The notes: generated by a model not told the origin, from the letters alone. 64,000 bases of DNA from Octopus sinensis (GCF_006345805.1 NC_042998.1:182218001-182282000); one strand, 5' to 3'. Positions 24,208 to 37,723 are shown, counted from the stretch's first letter. Translations and numbers: made by a program.

Positions 24208-24264
24208 ATATATATATATATATATATTATATAATATGTATGTATGTATGTATGTTGTATGTAG

Positions 24265-24309
<45 letters not shown>

Positions 24310-24713
24310 CTGTTAGGAAAGTATAACAGTACAAATATAGCTCGTTCACCCTTAGAATTCCCAAATAGCCGGTAGTATTCTTAGGGTATGCTACCAATTC
24401 TAGTCTTAGGTATTCCTCGTGTGTGAAAATATAGATATTCTCAAACTGGCAAATCGTTACATAATTTAATTTAAACTTAACTTCTTTGAAGTTGAGACAG
24501 TTCCAAGGCTACTTTTGTACATGGCATAATTAAGCAGTCATGTATAGAACCCGAAACATAAAAATGTCAATTCATAAAAAACATAAACCTTTACAAGGTA
24601 GAATAAACATAAAACGATGTTTTATGGGGTGTCTATTTACGTCTGTCATGTCTGTGTATATGTGGGTATGCATGTGTTTTTGTATGTTTACATAAATATA
24701 TATATATATATAT

Positions 24714-25136
24714 TCTTTTATTTGTTTCAGTCATTTGACTGCGGCCATGTTGTGAAGCACCACCTTTAGTCGAACAAATCGACCCCAGGACTCATTCTTT
24801 GCAAGCCTGTACTTATTCTATCGGTCTCTTTTGCCAAACCGATAAGTTATGGGGGTATGTAAATATACCAGCATCGGTTGTCAAGTGATGTTGCAGAGAC
24901 AAACACAGGCACACAAACATATACGCACGCACACATACATATATATCTATATCTATATATATATCTATATCTATATATACGACGGGTTTCTTTCAGTTTC
25001 CGTCTACCAAATCCACTCACAAGGCCATGGTGGATCCGAGGCTATAGTAGGAGACACTTGCTCAAGATGCCACGCTGAATCCGGAACCATGAGGTTGGTA
25101 AGCAAGCTACTTACCACACAGCCACTTCTGCGCCTA
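24714..25136 (-). mobile_element. SINE group C
   Basis: Same bipartite structure as 6140-6644. Confidence 0.85.
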
Positions 25137-26310
25137 TAGAAGTTAGAAATAGAATTACACACACACACAATCACATACGTGCATACATATTCACAACGTG
25201 TTTTAATTAAATAATTTTGATGAGGGCAAAGATTATGAAGTTAAACTTTTCTCATCACGGGAAGCGAATCTGTGGCTTTAGATATTAAAATAATGAAATA
25301 ATTAGAATCAATTCCCTATCAAAATTAAACTGACGTAATAGTACGATGTTACCCACTCTATAGTTTTTAGAAACCCTTTCAATGCTATAAGTAGAGATAT
25401 TTTCAATCTATAATCAATAAGGAACTCTTCCATTATTCAAGTCTCCTATGAAGACACACGCTTTACTACTTGATCGATTCAAGGGTAAGCTTACTCCACC
25501 TAATTTCCCCACAAACTAAGAAAAGCTTCCCATAATATCACGTAATTCCGGCACCACCGTTCAATCAATATAAACCGAATATCATAAAAACCTTCTAACT
25601 TAAAGCGATACTGTTTTCCCCACTTACCATAAGTACAGAAAATTTTTATCATTTTAGCTTCTTAATATGCAATCTTAAATTAGAACTATAAAATGCTCAA
25701 GCTACATGTTCATAAAGAAATACCAATGCATGTATATTAAATAAATCTTGTAACGCAGAAGATATTACTATTAGGTTACCTATATAAAACGAAACCACGA
25801 TTTGGAAGGCATACGATTCATAGCCTTGCCCGAAGGAAAATTAAACAATTTAAGACCATAATTCACTTTCAGATATATTGAAAAACAGAAATGCGACAAT
25901 TAAAAGTAAAGGTTTCTAACTACAGCATTTTGATGGAATATTATTGGAGGCTATAACCTCTATAAAAACAGCAACAAATAATGTGACCTTTGCGCAGAGA
26001 AAAGAAAAATCTTTAAAAACCGACATAACTATGAACTTTAATTAAACACTATGTTAGAGGTATTTGAGAAGTGCTGATATTGTGAGAAACACTTTCACTT
26101 AACTAATTGCATATATATTCACGGCTATATTTTGACATATGTTTGTAGTTCAATCCCCAGTTTCATTTTTATTGATTCTTCTTCTTCTTCTCTTCTTCTT
26201 CTTCTTCTTCTTCTTTCTTCTTCTTCTTCTTCTTCTTCTTCTTCTTCTTTCTGGTATGTATATTGACGATTTTATCCTGTGTTTTTATGTCTCTCTCTCT
26301 TTCTCTGTAT

Positions 26311-26342
<32 letters not shown>

Positions 26343-27083
26343 CATAATGTGTGCGGGTGTGTATGCGGTGTGTGCGTGTGCGTGCGTGTGCATTTATGTG
26401 CATTTTATGTATGTAAATCCGCACTCAAAATGCGCATAAATATGTGGCTTTGATATGTTGTTATGATTTCCGTTGATATGAGAAAACACCGTGCCTCATG
26501 AGTTGTGGTAGATCACACAGAGGGGTACATATTCTCACTTCCCCAACATCAACCCGAAAGTAATAGTAATAAAAAAAAAAGCCTCAATATAGAATAAGTT
26601 TCTAAGATATGAATAAAGCAAATGAGAAACAGTATAAGATTATTTTATACAACAACGTGTTTCTTTCTAAAGTGTCAGTTTAGAGAGCTAAGACGTCTTG
26701 CAAATAACAGAGAAACAAAAAGCTGTACAAAGCTTTCTGATAATTTCTTTAAAGAAAGTTTCTCGCAACATATGTTTACATTCAGACATTCAGAATGACA
26801 CTTCACCACTCGTTGCCGAAATATATCTGGAGCTTAAAGGATGATAATACCAACAATTATAAAACTGATCAAATTGATGCGTCCCTTTACAAACCCAGAA
26901 GATGTAATCTTTGTCTTTCGGAGTAGTATAACATTCTATAAGGTTATTCGTAATTTTGAATTAAAGATCAAAATCGGCGAATTCTTTAGGGCATTTCATC
27001 GTTACACATTGAAAATTTTCTAAAAACTAATGCAATGATATATAAAAATATATCTTACCTATATACAAATATATACACGTGCG

Positions 27084-27115
<32 letters not shown>

Positions 27116-27156
27116 TGTATGTATGTATGTATGTATGTATGTATGTATGTATGTAC

Positions 27157-27905
27157 GTCTCTTCTATTTTTTAATTATTATAAATTTTCCACTGAGGAGG
27201 GAGACGGTTTCCAACAAAGATACAAGGCTCTGTCTTTGGGATGTAGTTAACAAGGCAAATTCACATTTGCAACTTGAGACAAGTCTTGCATATTTTTACT
27301 GTTTCACTCACAATTGCACTTGTAATGTACGAATTAGCCGGTCAATTTCTCTTTCTGAAAATCCCAGTGTATCTAGATTCTCCTTTAAGTATTTACTAAC
27401 AAAATCTAGTGTTCCAATTATTATTAGTATGAATATGAATTCATAGTCTGGATATAGAAGCTGGGAGTTTTGAAGCAGTTGTCCATAAATATCCTCTTTT
27501 TCTTTGATTTTCAAAAATATATCTATATCTGCAGGGCAGCCGGCCTCTATGATGGTACATACCTTTTCCCCTCTGTCCCAAACAACAATATCCGACATGT
27601 TATGTTTACGTTTGACAGAAGTTTTGTTGAGAATATTACCCCAGTATTCCTTGCGTTGGTGTTTATGAATGTATTCCATACAGAGGGATTTTCTAAGTTT
27701 ATTTCAGGACAGTCTGTCTTGTAGAAAGCATTGTAAATTATCTTAGCAACAACATCGAGCCGAATAGGGAGGTTGTACCGTGATGTCATTTTAGGACAGC
27801 TGCTAATCACATGCGTGATGTCTTCCACAGAAACATGACATAGCCTACACATACCGTTGCACCTTGGGATTACAAGAGCGTCACTGTTTCTCTTGTTCAC
27901 CAGGT
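27157..27905 (-). mobile_element. RLE-type non-LTR retrotransposon 3' fragment, copy 2
   Basis: CRLCHVSVEDITHVISSC is a CCHC knuckle; HNMSDIVVWDRGEKVCTIIEAGCP is a PD-(D/E)xK RLE; same 3' terminus as 16191 (GTCTCTTCTATTTT on plus), abutting (TACA)n. Confidence 0.85.
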
Positions 27906-28018
27906 AAGTATGTATGTATGCGTATATATATCCCACTACCACCGCTTGTCAACCGATGTTGCTTTATTTACGTCCATAACTTACCGGTTCGGCAAAAGAA
28001 AACCAATAGAATAAGTGT

Positions 28019-28056
<38 letters not shown>

Positions 28057-28786
28057 TATTATATTACATATATACATACATACGGACGTACGTCCATATG
28101 CACATTACACAATTATATAACCGTAGCTATATACCCCTTTTTAATTGAATAATTTTAATACGGTCAAAGTTTACGAAGTTAAATTTTTCTCATCTTATGT
28201 AAAGCAAATTTGTCATATTCGTTCGACATATTAAAGAAATAAATTAATTGGAATTAATTTGTTAATCAAAATCAAATTAATATGCATAAAATGAAATGTA
28301 TATGAAATATATTCAATAAACGGCGGAACGTTTTTAAGTAGGGACTTGAAGATTTTTGTGAGAAATTTGACGTTGTTTAATTTTATCCCAACTCTGATTG
28401 AAAAGAACTTTGACACAAAGCTTTGCAGCTGTTACGTAAATAGAAACACCACACACACACGACGTATTTCCATACAGTCTCCATTTACCAATTTCACTTA
28501 TAAGGCATTAGTCGGTTCGGAGCTATAGTAGAAAGCACTCGCTCAAGTGGTGCCGCACAGTGGGACTGAACCCGAAACCACATGACTGCAGAACGAGCTT
28601 CTTAACCACATAGTCTGCACTTGAGTTTTCGTTATTTGAGAATGCTTTCTTTCTTTTTTTTTGTCTTGTTTAGTATCTTACATTGCTTTAGTTTCGTATT
28701 GGACGTCAAAGACGTTTTGAAAACTTACCTCTTCGACACTATTATCTTTCAACTGTACGAATTGCATTGAGATGTACGGAAACACC

Positions 28787-29240
28787 GGATCTTTTCGGTT
28801 TGAACGGCAGTTTTTAATATAATTTCTAGGTAACTAAAAAATTTTAAACTTCGTATACTGGTAGAATGTGTTTATAAAACGTCTTTTTCTCTTGGCTTTA
28901 TTGAGAAAATTCTATAGTTTGTAAGATATTTGTTGTTATTTTTTCTTCAATTTCTGCAATTTCAACCAATCGATGACGTCCATTGAAGTAAAAAACATTC
29001 TGTGCCGTATGAATATGTCCCTCGTTTAAGAAACAGATTGGGTTTATTTACATTTGTGAAGAAAATAAGATACCCTTCCCCCCACCTCTAATCCTAACCC
29101 TAACTAACCCTAACTAATCCTAACTAACCCTAACCCTAAAACAGATTGAAATGCAATAGATCGATACTAGGGTCATAATTATGGGTGACAATTTCATATG
29201 ACATCGCTAAAAAAAACTGCCGTTCAAACCGAAAAGATCC
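28787..29240 (+). mobile_element. GGATC-MITE copy 5 (subfamily A, expanded telomere-like tract)
   Basis: Perfect TSD GAAACACC; internal CTAATCCTAACCCTAACTAACCCTAACTAATCCTAACTAACCCTAACCCTAA. Confidence 0.93.
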
Positions 29241-29526
29241 GAAACACCTTTATTAGTGTTAAAAATACATACGATAGAGAAACGTTTTCTTTAAGCCATT
29301 ATGTTTAAAACCATCCGTTAGTTTCTGCTCTTTAACAGTTCTTACGCTGTTGCGCTCATTTATTTCCAAAATAGTTGAATAAATAATTTCTATACCCTAG
29401 TTGCAGTAAAATCTGTAGCAACAGAAAATTTGTCAGTATTCTTTCAGAAAAGGTATTCTGTGGGCTTTGCAACTCAGTGGATTCGTCTCCCATATGTGTT
29501 GGTGTGTTGTGTGTGTGTGTTACACA

Positions 29527-29557
<31 letters not shown>

Positions 29558-30250
29558 CATTAATGTGTAATATATATATGTGCACATGTATATATATTTA
29601 TATATATTTATAAATACAATCATACCTCATCCTACGTCGTTAATTGGTTCCAGAGGACACGACTTAGGTCGAAATAACCATTATTTTAATGTATATACAT
29701 GTAATAACTAAAACCTTGGCTAGCCTAGGTTGTTTTTATGTTAGCCCTACGAATTCGGTAAATTGTTAGGCAACCCTAGGCTGCTTTTAATAAGAAAGAA
29801 ATAATTTCAAATACAGTACCGTTGCCTTCCTGATGGCTGACCTCGGTGTTACTCGTTGAGGCTGGTGTAGGAGGAGGAGGAGGAAGAAGAGGAGGAGATT
29901 ACACGCTAGATGTTGATGATTGGGGATCGTCAGCTGACTCCTGTTGTGGATAGCTGTGCGAACTTGTCTAAAGTTCCTTGAATTGTCTTTTTCTTCTTCT
30001 CTCCAAGGATTAGGTAATAAAGGACAATAGTATCTTGACAACCCCACCAATATTTTTTACAAAACAGTAAGTAAAAGAGTAATATTATTGTTGTTTTTGC
30101 AGGTGACGTAAATTAATATTATATTTGATATTTATTTAATAATTTAGAAAGACCGACATATCTTCGAAAATGACGTAAGTCGAAATGACTTAACCAAAGG
30201 TGTATGTCGTTGCTATTTTGTTAAACTGCTGTATGTCCAAATTTGGCCAA

Positions 30251-30337
30251 ATGCATTTTGTTCAATATTTATTTTTGCTTGCAATAGCCGGTTCTTTTGG
30301 TCAAACTATCGTATCTCCAGCTGCTTCAGATGCCAAG
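30251..30337 (+). CDS. Candidate first coding exon encoding a signal-peptide-like N-terminus
   Basis: ATG...MHFVQYLFLLAIAGSFGQTIVSPAASDAK followed by AAG|GTATCA; no linked downstream exon identified. Confidence 0.25.
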
Positions 30338-30523
30338 GTATCAAAAATTGTCAAAGTGTAGTACAACGGGTTTGATATTGAATGGTGAAACTATTTTTCG
30401 TTCTTGTGAAAAAGCAACGTTTTGAACTTACGACACTTTTGCATAATAGCAACGATGTTTATATATATGTATGTATATGAATGCATGTTTAAATATATTA
30501 GTAAAAACACTTAAATATCTATC

Positions 30524-30559
<36 letters not shown>

Positions 30560-30749
30560 TATATACACATACATATATACATATATACATGCATTCATAT
30601 TTATACAGACACGCATATATAGTGAGAGAAAAAGTAAGTTATGGATTGAGATTGAAGCAAACAAAAGTAAAGTTAGCTTAAGTACATACTGTAGCTATAT
30701 TATAGTTTAAGGATGAGAAATAATAAACCACTACAGTCAGACATAGATA

Positions 30750-31275
30750 CATTAATACCTCACTTTATGAGGGCCCGCTTTACGAGACGCCGGGTTTACG
30801 AGTTTTATTTTTACGAGTTTTATTTTTCTACAATCATAACAAATGCTTCTGTGCGTTACTGAGAACTTTATAGAGAGCGAAAAAAAACTTCTAAGCAAAC
30901 AACTCTAGACTTGTTTTGAAAAGGAAATCTACAAGTTCGTCTACGAGTGCTTGTGAATCGGCGATTGCCTCTACAAGTGTTGGTGTGCGCGAGTGAAGGT
31001 GATTCAGAAAACGATAATAATAATAATAATAATATTTTTTATTAGAAATGATCTTGACATTACTTTTTCTTTACATAAAATATTCTTTACATTTCACTGT
31101 TGTTTTATTGCCATATATTTACGTGTATTATAAATTTTATTGGTAACATGTTTTGCTGGGAACGAATTACAATTTAAAACATTGCTACTATGTGAAATTA
31201 TTGCTCTGCTTTACGAGCTTTCGCTTTACGAGCGGTCACTGGAAACAAATTTACTCGCATATCAAGGCATTAATG
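30750..31275. mobile_element. Tc1/pogo (Tigger-like) MITE
   Basis: TA|CATTAATACCTCACTTTATGAG...CTCGCATATCAAGGCATTAATG|TA; repeated TTTACGAG subterminal motifs. Confidence 0.65.
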
Positions 31276-31546
31276 TATCTAGTCAGAGAAAGATGTGGTG
31301 TCATAGTAACTTGGGATAAAATATTGAAAATGAATGTTTTTAAAATGGCACCGAAAATGTTAGACTGTGGCTATGGTGGAAAGAATTTTAATCAAGCGAA
31401 CCGATCCCAGTACTGTTTTTTTAATGCCTGCCCCTTATTCTATCAGTCGCGTTTGCCGAATCGCTAAGTTACGGAGATGTAAACATACCAACACTGGTTG
31501 TCAAGCGGTTGCGGAGGATAAACGTAGACACACACACACACACACA

Positions 31547-31588
<42 letters not shown>

Positions 31589-31688
31589 CATATACATATA
31601 TGACGAGATTCGCATTATGTGACCGCGTGTGTATCGTTGGCGATTTTTTTCCTCCGTCTTCCCTTCCTAGGATCTTTCCTTTTCTTAT

Positions 31689-31723
31689 GTTTCTGACGAA
31701 GAGCTCCACTCGAAACGTTAAAT
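31689..31723 (+). ncRNA. Minimal type I hammerhead ribozyme (PLE-type)
   Basis: GUUU CUGACGA A GAG CUCCA CUC GAAA CG UU AAAU; helix III reduced to the palindrome AACGUU; inside a ~230-bp insert in (TA)n. Confidence 0.7.
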
Positions 31724-31828
31724 CCTCCTTTCTTTCCTTTCCTGAGCGTCCAATAACACTATACTTGTTCCACGTCCTCGCGTTGTTGTTTTCTCTTTGT
31801 GTTTTCATGTTTGGATTAACTTTATACA

Positions 31829-31874
<46 letters not shown>

Positions 31875-31980
31875 ATATATTATATATATATATGTTAGGT
31901 CCCGGGTTGAGTCGGGGTTAACCACAGTAAATAAGGTACTCAATACATAGCAGAGTAAAGTAATTTATTTTATAGAAGAT

Positions 31981-32027
31981 TTTCCTGAAGATTTCATCTG
32001 AATGAAACAGTTCTAGTCCTGTAGAAG
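31981..32027 (+). ncRNA. Type I hammerhead-like motif
   Basis: UUUC CUGAAGA UUUC AUCU GAAU GAAA CAG UUCUAGUC CUG UA GAAG; 4-bp stems I and III; stem II opens with a U-U mismatch. Confidence 0.5.
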
Positions 32028-32667
32028 CTCCTTCTATAAAATAATATATATATATATATATAGATATATGTCGAGCTTCGTTCAGTTTCCGTCTACCAAA
32101 TCTATGGCTTTGGTCGGCCTAAGGCTAAAGTAAAAGACACAAGCCCAAGGTGCCATGCAGTGGAACTGAACCCGGAACCATGTGGTTGGGAAGCAAACTT
32201 CTTAACACACAGCAGTAAATAATATAATAGCGGTGGTTTTTGTCGTGTTGGCGATAGCGGCAATGTAGTAATGGTGGCGGTGGTGACGGTGGTGATGCTG
32301 CTGTTAACGGTAGTGGAGGTGTTTTTGATAATGGTGGCAATAGCTCTGTTAATGACGGCGGTAGTGGCGGAGCCGGTGGTTGACAAAGGTGATGGTGTGG
32401 TGGTGGATATGATTGCTATGTATAACACGTACGTGGTTGAGACGTAAAATCACATGATTGCTGAGCTTTCTAGAAAGACAAATGTTCTCCTATCAAAACA
32501 AATAGCTGGTCACTTGTTTTGTGACGTGTTACACTGGTGCAGCCGAACATCGCATGCGTTCAATTATATAGCCACATATTTAACTGTCCTGCATATTAGG
32601 TGTACTTACAGTCGCTAGGAATAGTAATGCCTGAAATTAATATTTCATTATATTCAGTGTTCAAGAT

Positions 32668-32728
<61 letters not shown>

Positions 32729-32749
32729 ATCTATCTACCTATCTATCTA

Positions 32750-32981
32750 ATTTCTTTATTGCCCACAAGGGGCTAAACATAGAGGGGACAAACAAGGACA
32801 GACAAAGGGATTAAGTCGATTACATCGACCTCAGTGCGTAACTGGTACTTATTTAGTCGACCCCGAAAGGATGAAAGGCAAAGTCGACCTCGGCGGAATT
32901 TGAACTCAGAACGTAGCGGCAGACGAAATACCGCTAAGCATTTCGCCCGGCGTGCTAACGTTTCTGCCAGCTCGCTGCCTT
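32750..32981 (-). mobile_element. SINE group A inserted in (ATCT)n
   Basis: Full-length near-consensus copy flanked by ATCT repeats. Confidence 0.92.
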
Positions 32982-34142
32982 TTATCTATCTATCTATCTA
33001 TCTATCTGTCTATCTATATGTATGTCTGTCTGTCTGTCTATCCATCCGTCTGTACGTCTGTCTGTTTCGACCCATATTTTCCCTCTGGCCAGTACCAGAG
33101 TTAGCACTATGTGTGTGTGTGTGTGTGTGGGGGGGAAATGTGGTGATAAATATAATTAACTAAAATGTTCAAAGATTGCACTCCAGCTTGGGCGCAGTCC
33201 AGTTTATTAAAGTCAGTGAAAGAAAAACAAAAATAGTCTCTACCTTTCGGAATTGTAAGTGAATCATGAAGAACTCAACGATCTCACAACAGCTGGCTAA
33301 AGAACATCATAAACCACAAACCTACTGATACGACCAATGAAATCTTGTGGCAAATACAAAGGCAGAGCACCTGGATTACTTGATCAATTTAAACACCTGT
33401 GTATAAAGATGTCATGTGATAGAAAACAGTCATGTGTGATGGAAGCTTCTATGTAGACAATGCAGTATAAATGATGGGTGTCACTTAGAAGACTGTGTAG
33501 GGAGGCAAATAAGCTAAATCGAGCAATAATGCTAGCATGAACAAAGACCGGCTTAGAAAGCTTATCGTGCGTATATTATTGTTTCTATTGCTTTAAGAGT
33601 GTCAATTGCTGGGTAAATTAGTTGACAGCCTCACCAATGAAAAATTATGAGCTGTTATCCTTTTATTTCTGCTTTATATGCTGATCTGTCTCCTACCTAC
33701 CCCATAACAGCGCGAAGAAGAGTGCAACAGGAGACAGAGTTGCTACAATTATTGAAGAGTGACCGAAGTTGAAATCCTTCTTACGATTTACAGTATTTAT
33801 GAAAATAATATTAAATCGGTAGCAAATATATTTTGGTGATAAAGTCTCATAACCTACGAAAAGATGAAGTATTCGTGTAGGGTATTTAACGCAAGTCAAT
33901 TTGACTAAATTGATCTCTTTTCAAGCCATACTCTCAGCATTAGTCAATGCTAGAAATCAACGAATCACTTCTTAGTTATTCAGTAACTGAGTATTGCACT
34001 TATTTGCAGCCAGGTAATCAGTACCATCTGAAATGTAAAGTGACTTGGTCACATACTCAACGTAGTACCCTACTCAGTTACACACACTCCCTTATTTATT
34101 TGAACCGTTTGTATATGTTATTGTATGATTAATTAAACCATA

Positions 34143-34465
34143 AAGCGGCAAGCTGGCAGAATCGTTATAGTGCCGGGTAAAAATGCTCAGGGGCATTTCA
34201 TCCGTCTTAATCTGAGTTCAAATTCCGCCGAGGTTGAGATTGCCTTTCATCCTTTCGGCGTCGATAAATTAAGTACCAGTTACGCACTGGGGTCGATGTA
34301 ATCGACTTAATCCGTTTGTCTGTTCTTGTTTGTCCCCTCTATGTTTAGCCCTTTGTGGGTAATAAAGAAACAGATAAAATAAGTATCAATTGAGCACTGG
34401 GGCCGATGTAATGAACTTATCCCTCCACCGAAATTCTAGCTTTGTGCTAAAATTTGAAATCATTA
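34143..34465 (+). mobile_element. Nested SINEs: young group-A 3' part inside an older relative
   Basis: Young tail ends TAATAAAGAAACA; the older body resumes GATAAAATAAGTATCAATTGAGCACTGGGG. Confidence 0.7.
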
Positions 34466-35030
34466 TTAGCTGGAATAGAAGGGTGACGGAAGGTAGAATC
34501 TGTAGACCGTTGGACAATATATCCTGCATATTTAGATACGTCCCTTTTCATTCTAATTTCAAATTTCACCGATGTCGACTTTCCAATCTCTATAACCAAT
34601 GTCAATAAAATAATTTCTAAGTTAGTCAGAAGAATAAAAGACGGCAGCGAAAGAGGAGGAGCGGATGACGTTCAGACTGAATAACTAGAACGCGTCTGGC
34701 GCGAAATATTTTCAACAGAGAATTCTGCTCAAGACGCTCAAGTACTACATGGTGTTAAATCAGATGACATGTTAGGATTACTTCTCAAGTCATGCCTGGA
34801 CATCGACGGCAAGCTTACCACTCATGTTGAGCTTAACTATCAAGTATTGACATCGACTAATCGGTTATATGTTTCCCTAAATGTTCATGGTTTCAATGTT
34901 TTGAATTAGAAATTATTATTTGACATGAGACACAACAACCAGGAGTAGCAACCTAAGATCAGGTGTTCGTACATCGTATTTTGACTATGGGTATCAATGT
35001 CTATATCTGTTTGCCTAAAGCTTTAGGGCT

Positions 35031-35452
35031 GGATCTTTTCGGTTTGAATGGCAGTTTTTTCTAGCGGTGTCATATGAAATTGTCACCCATAATTATGACC
35101 CTAGTATCGATCTATAGCATTTCAATCTGTTTTAGGGTTAGGGTAGGGGTGGGGGAAGGGTATCTTTTTTTCTCCAGAAATGTAAATAAACCCAATCTGT
35201 TTCTTAAACCAGGGACATATTCATACGGCACAGAATGTTTTCACCTCAATAAGACGTCATTGATTGGTTGAAATTGCAGAAATTGAAAAAAACAAAAAAA
35301 CCGGCAAATATCTTACAAACTATAGAATTTTCTCAATAAAATCAAGAGAAAAAGATGTTTTATAAACACATTCTAACAGTATACGAAGTTTAAAAGTGTT
35401 TAGTTACGTGGAAATTATAAAAAAAAAACTGCCGTTCAAACCGAAAAGATCC
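35031..35452 (-). mobile_element. GGATC-MITE copy 6 (subfamily B)
   Basis: Perfect TSD TTAGGGCT. Confidence 0.93.
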
Positions 35453-35721
35453 TTAGGGCTAATTAGAATGTTCCGTAACTAGTACACACACATTTGTGCG
35501 AATGTATGTGTGTGCACACACACACACACGCCCCCGACACGCGAACACACACACACACATGTATCGTTATGATCCTTTAAATTTCTTTCCTCCACCAGTT
35601 CCCAAAACATCAACCCTCTCGAATTTCTTCCATCCTCATATTTTTCTCGCAGTTGGCTCGGGTTCTAGATTCAATCGACTGAACCATCTCCTTAATAAAC
35701 TGATCTTAGCAATCCATGCAT

Positions 35722-36017
35722 TAGTAATATCTCACTTTACGGAAACCCGTTTTGCGAGATTTACCGAGTTTACGAGTTTTATTTTATAAATATAAATATA
35801 AAAAAAATAAATATAAAAAAGTTAAACAGCCATTTTGTGTGAGTGGAAACATTGAAACATGTGGCAACACTGGTTCTGATGCGCCTACATGGATACGGAG
35901 TAAAATGACAGCATAAAATTTCATTGCTACTATGGGAAATTATTGCTCAGCTTTACGAGTTTTCACTTTACGAGCGATCTCTGGAAACAAATTAACTCGT
36001 CTACCGAGGCATTACTG
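35722..36017. mobile_element. Tc1/pogo (Tigger-like) MITE related to 30750-31275
   Basis: AGTAATATCTCACTTTACG...CTCGTCTACCGAGGCATTACTG|TA. Confidence 0.6.
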
Positions 36018-37723
36018 TATTCTAGAAATCGGTAAGGTTCGACAGCCTTCGACTCACTCTTCTCTTCCAACCTTCACGGCAAAAAAGGTGCAGCTTTGTA
36101 CTTAGAGAAAATAAATTGAGAAGAAAGAAAAAAGGAGTAAAAGTTATAAAAAATTATGGTAAAAAAATACTCCTATTTTATGCAAATTTTAAAGAACAGT
36201 TGAAGCAATTGTCTGTAAAAATAGAACTCCCAACGTTCTAGGTTGACGCCAGATAATTTTTTCCGCTTTTGATCGAAAGTATAGGATAGGTTCATAGCAT
36301 GTTGGATTAATGATGGTAAAAAGATTAGATATCTGTAGAATTTGGACAGAAACAACAGGATGATTGAGCAGTCAGCTGAGACAAGCCCTCATTAGTGGAA
36401 ACAATAAAACAACGAACAAAATGCGAACACAGGCGAGCATACACACAAATAGACTTTGTTTCTCTTACATACACACACACACACAGACAATCACGCATAT
36501 ATATTATATGAATATATATGTATGATTGTATGCGTGTGTGTGTATTTGTATACATATGTATATGAATGTGTGTGTATGTGTGTATAGACGCGAACACACA
36601 TGATAAATTTTAGTAGTTATTCCACTTACATCAAAGAGCGGCGATGAGCGAACGAGTGAACCCCAAAGCAGTTGCTCGATCTACTAGAAATAGCAGGCAA
36701 ATCTAGCTCTAATCATAGGTAAAAACAGGGTAGCCACGACTGAAATGGCTTCGAATATGTATTCAAAATATAGTTGACCTGTGGACAACTCCATCACCAC
36801 CAAGAACAACTACAACAACAACTACATCAACCACTAAGTAAGAGCGGTGAGCATTATGTTTACCCAGATTTTTGGAATAGAATAAGTCGAAATAGATATC
36901 GGTTTGGAATATAAAGGCGGCGACCTGGCAGAATCGTTAGCACGCCGGGCTAAATACTTAGCGAAATTTCTTTACGTTCCGAGTTCGAATTCCGCTGAGG
37001 TCGATTTTGTTTTTCATCCTTTCGAAGTTTATAAAATAAATACCAGTTAAGCACTGGGGTCACTGTTGTCGACTTATCCCTACCTCGAAATTGTGGGCCT
37101 TGTGTCAAAATTTGAAACCAATATGTATGTATGTACGTTTAGGTTCCGTAACTAGCAGTTCAACAAATAGAGGGCGTTAAAATATGATCAAATGTAAGCT
37201 TGAAGCTGTGCCCCACAATGGCTGCAGACTTTTATTGGCACCAGTAAAGGATTCAAAGTTTTTCTTGAGTTTAAACATCATACACTGTTTCTTTCTTTTT
37301 ACCGCGTCATCGTTTTGCACTACACCCCCCACACACATTTTATTAAAACTGCAAAATTATTACAGAACTGTTACTCAGTTTCACATTCCCGTTCGTCGGA
37401 CAGTTGTGATAAGTATTTATCACGACTATTTCATATGTGTGTGTGTGTATGAACGGGAAGTTTTCAGCTTTAATAAAAAGAACCCCACACTACTCCACGT
37501 TTGGTATTTAAGTACTATTCATTCTACCTTATTTTGCACTTATGTGTTCACCTGTAATCAGCCGAAATTGCGAGGATGATCCGGTTCTTGACTGAAGATT
37601 AGAGGCTTTCTTGTGTCGTCTATTTGAGTGTTTTGCGTTATTGTCCCATTTTGTATTTTTATATATATCTTTTATACATATATATATATATACGCGAGAA
37701 AGAAGCAACAAGAATGGATAGGT

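Larger units (their letters stand above)
31400..32213 (-). mobile_element. SINE group C split by inserts in its internal (TA)n spacer
   Basis: 3' half at about 31400-31530 and 5' half at about 32066-32213, with two unrelated hammerhead-bearing inserts between them. Confidence 0.75.

Noticed and set aside
29087-29117. TTAGGG-type repeats as a chromosome end
   Set aside because: Short, degenerate and always internal to MITE copies.
29641-29681. AATTGGTT CCAGAGGA..GAC TTAG GTC GAAA T AACCATT near (TA)n
   Set aside because: Possibly a decayed hammerhead, but the core is mutated and helix III is missing; not counted.
34620-34910. 74-codon stop-free plus-strand frame (LERVWREIF...LNYQ) with a possible TTTTCAACAG acceptor
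   Set aside because: No recognisable homology, weak donor, and plausible splice signals also on the opposite strand.
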